From NCBI GenBank assembly GCA_965655095.1, contig OZ296649.1, positions 23,498,001 through 23,562,000 of the forward strand: a DNA stretch of 64,000 nucleotides. The letters are read 5' to 3'. A model generated the notes under the pieces. That model saw nothing but the letters and a program-made list of their open reading frames with translations, was not told where the DNA came from and did not search any database. The DNA comes from Haplodiscus bocki. Lineage: Eukaryota. The position numbers and the translations under genes were made by a program. Numbering within the stretch: position 1 is the first letter of the stretch; each line of letters starts with the position of its first letter. This document shows positions 63,721 through 64,000 of this stretch, one piece after another.

Positions 63721-64000
63721 TAAAAAAAATTCGGTTCAACGAAGTAGTATACCAGAAGTTCACGTTGAAAGTTCTCTCAATTGATAACAGTAAGGTCATC
63801 AACTCGGCTTTTGGAGTTACTGGTCGCAATATGATGCGATGGGCGCATTGTGTCTAGTTACTGATCAATTTTTGAATACATTGGAAAATGAGACAAAATT
63901 TTATCAACACGGTACAGTGGGAGCCACTTTGGTATAAAGTAACTAGCAAAATTAGATTAAGTCATCAGCTTATGATTCAGGTGAGGACATGGCTTCGGCG

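Noticed and set aside
1-64000. Prokaryotic operon, defence island, tRNA/rRNA or telomeric repeats
   Set aside because: Coding density is very low, spliceosomal introns and LTR retroelements are present, and no structural RNA or telomeric motif arrays were recognised by eye. A tRNAscan/Infernal run was not possible.

Overview
AT-rich eukaryotic, probably invertebrate animal, genomic DNA. There are no operons, rRNA, tRNA or CRISPR arrays. Repeat style is reminiscent of the acoel Symsagittifera roscoffensis, which is an unverified impression. I can support only one intact host gene: a minus-strand, three-coding-exon, secreted CAP/SCP (PR-1/CRISP/VAL-like) gene. Its exons are 15754-15442, 9404-9042 and 8638-8406, total 909 nt (302 aa), with canonical GT-AG phase-1 introns; the ORF track shows it only as three disconnected pieces. 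Almost everything else is heavily decayed, nested mobile DNA: about 9 Ty3/Gypsy fragments, about 6 Bel/Pao fragments (one gag tandemly duplicated), a CR1/L2-like LINE 5' end (PHD finger plus APE), possible hAT debris, Helentron/HINE-like non-autonomous repeats, mini- and microsatellites, and a fossil Polinton/Maverick (adintovirus-like) block with major capsid, adenain-type protease, penton and integrase at about 49.4-54.9 kb. All TE calls come from reading degenerate motifs by eye across frameshifts, so boundaries are approximate. I found no intact novel system. The best leads are the Polinton capsid module, a roughly 2.7 kb unexplained coding extension downstream of a Gypsy integrase (possibly ending in a macrodomain), and the CAP gene with its unresolved 5' end.
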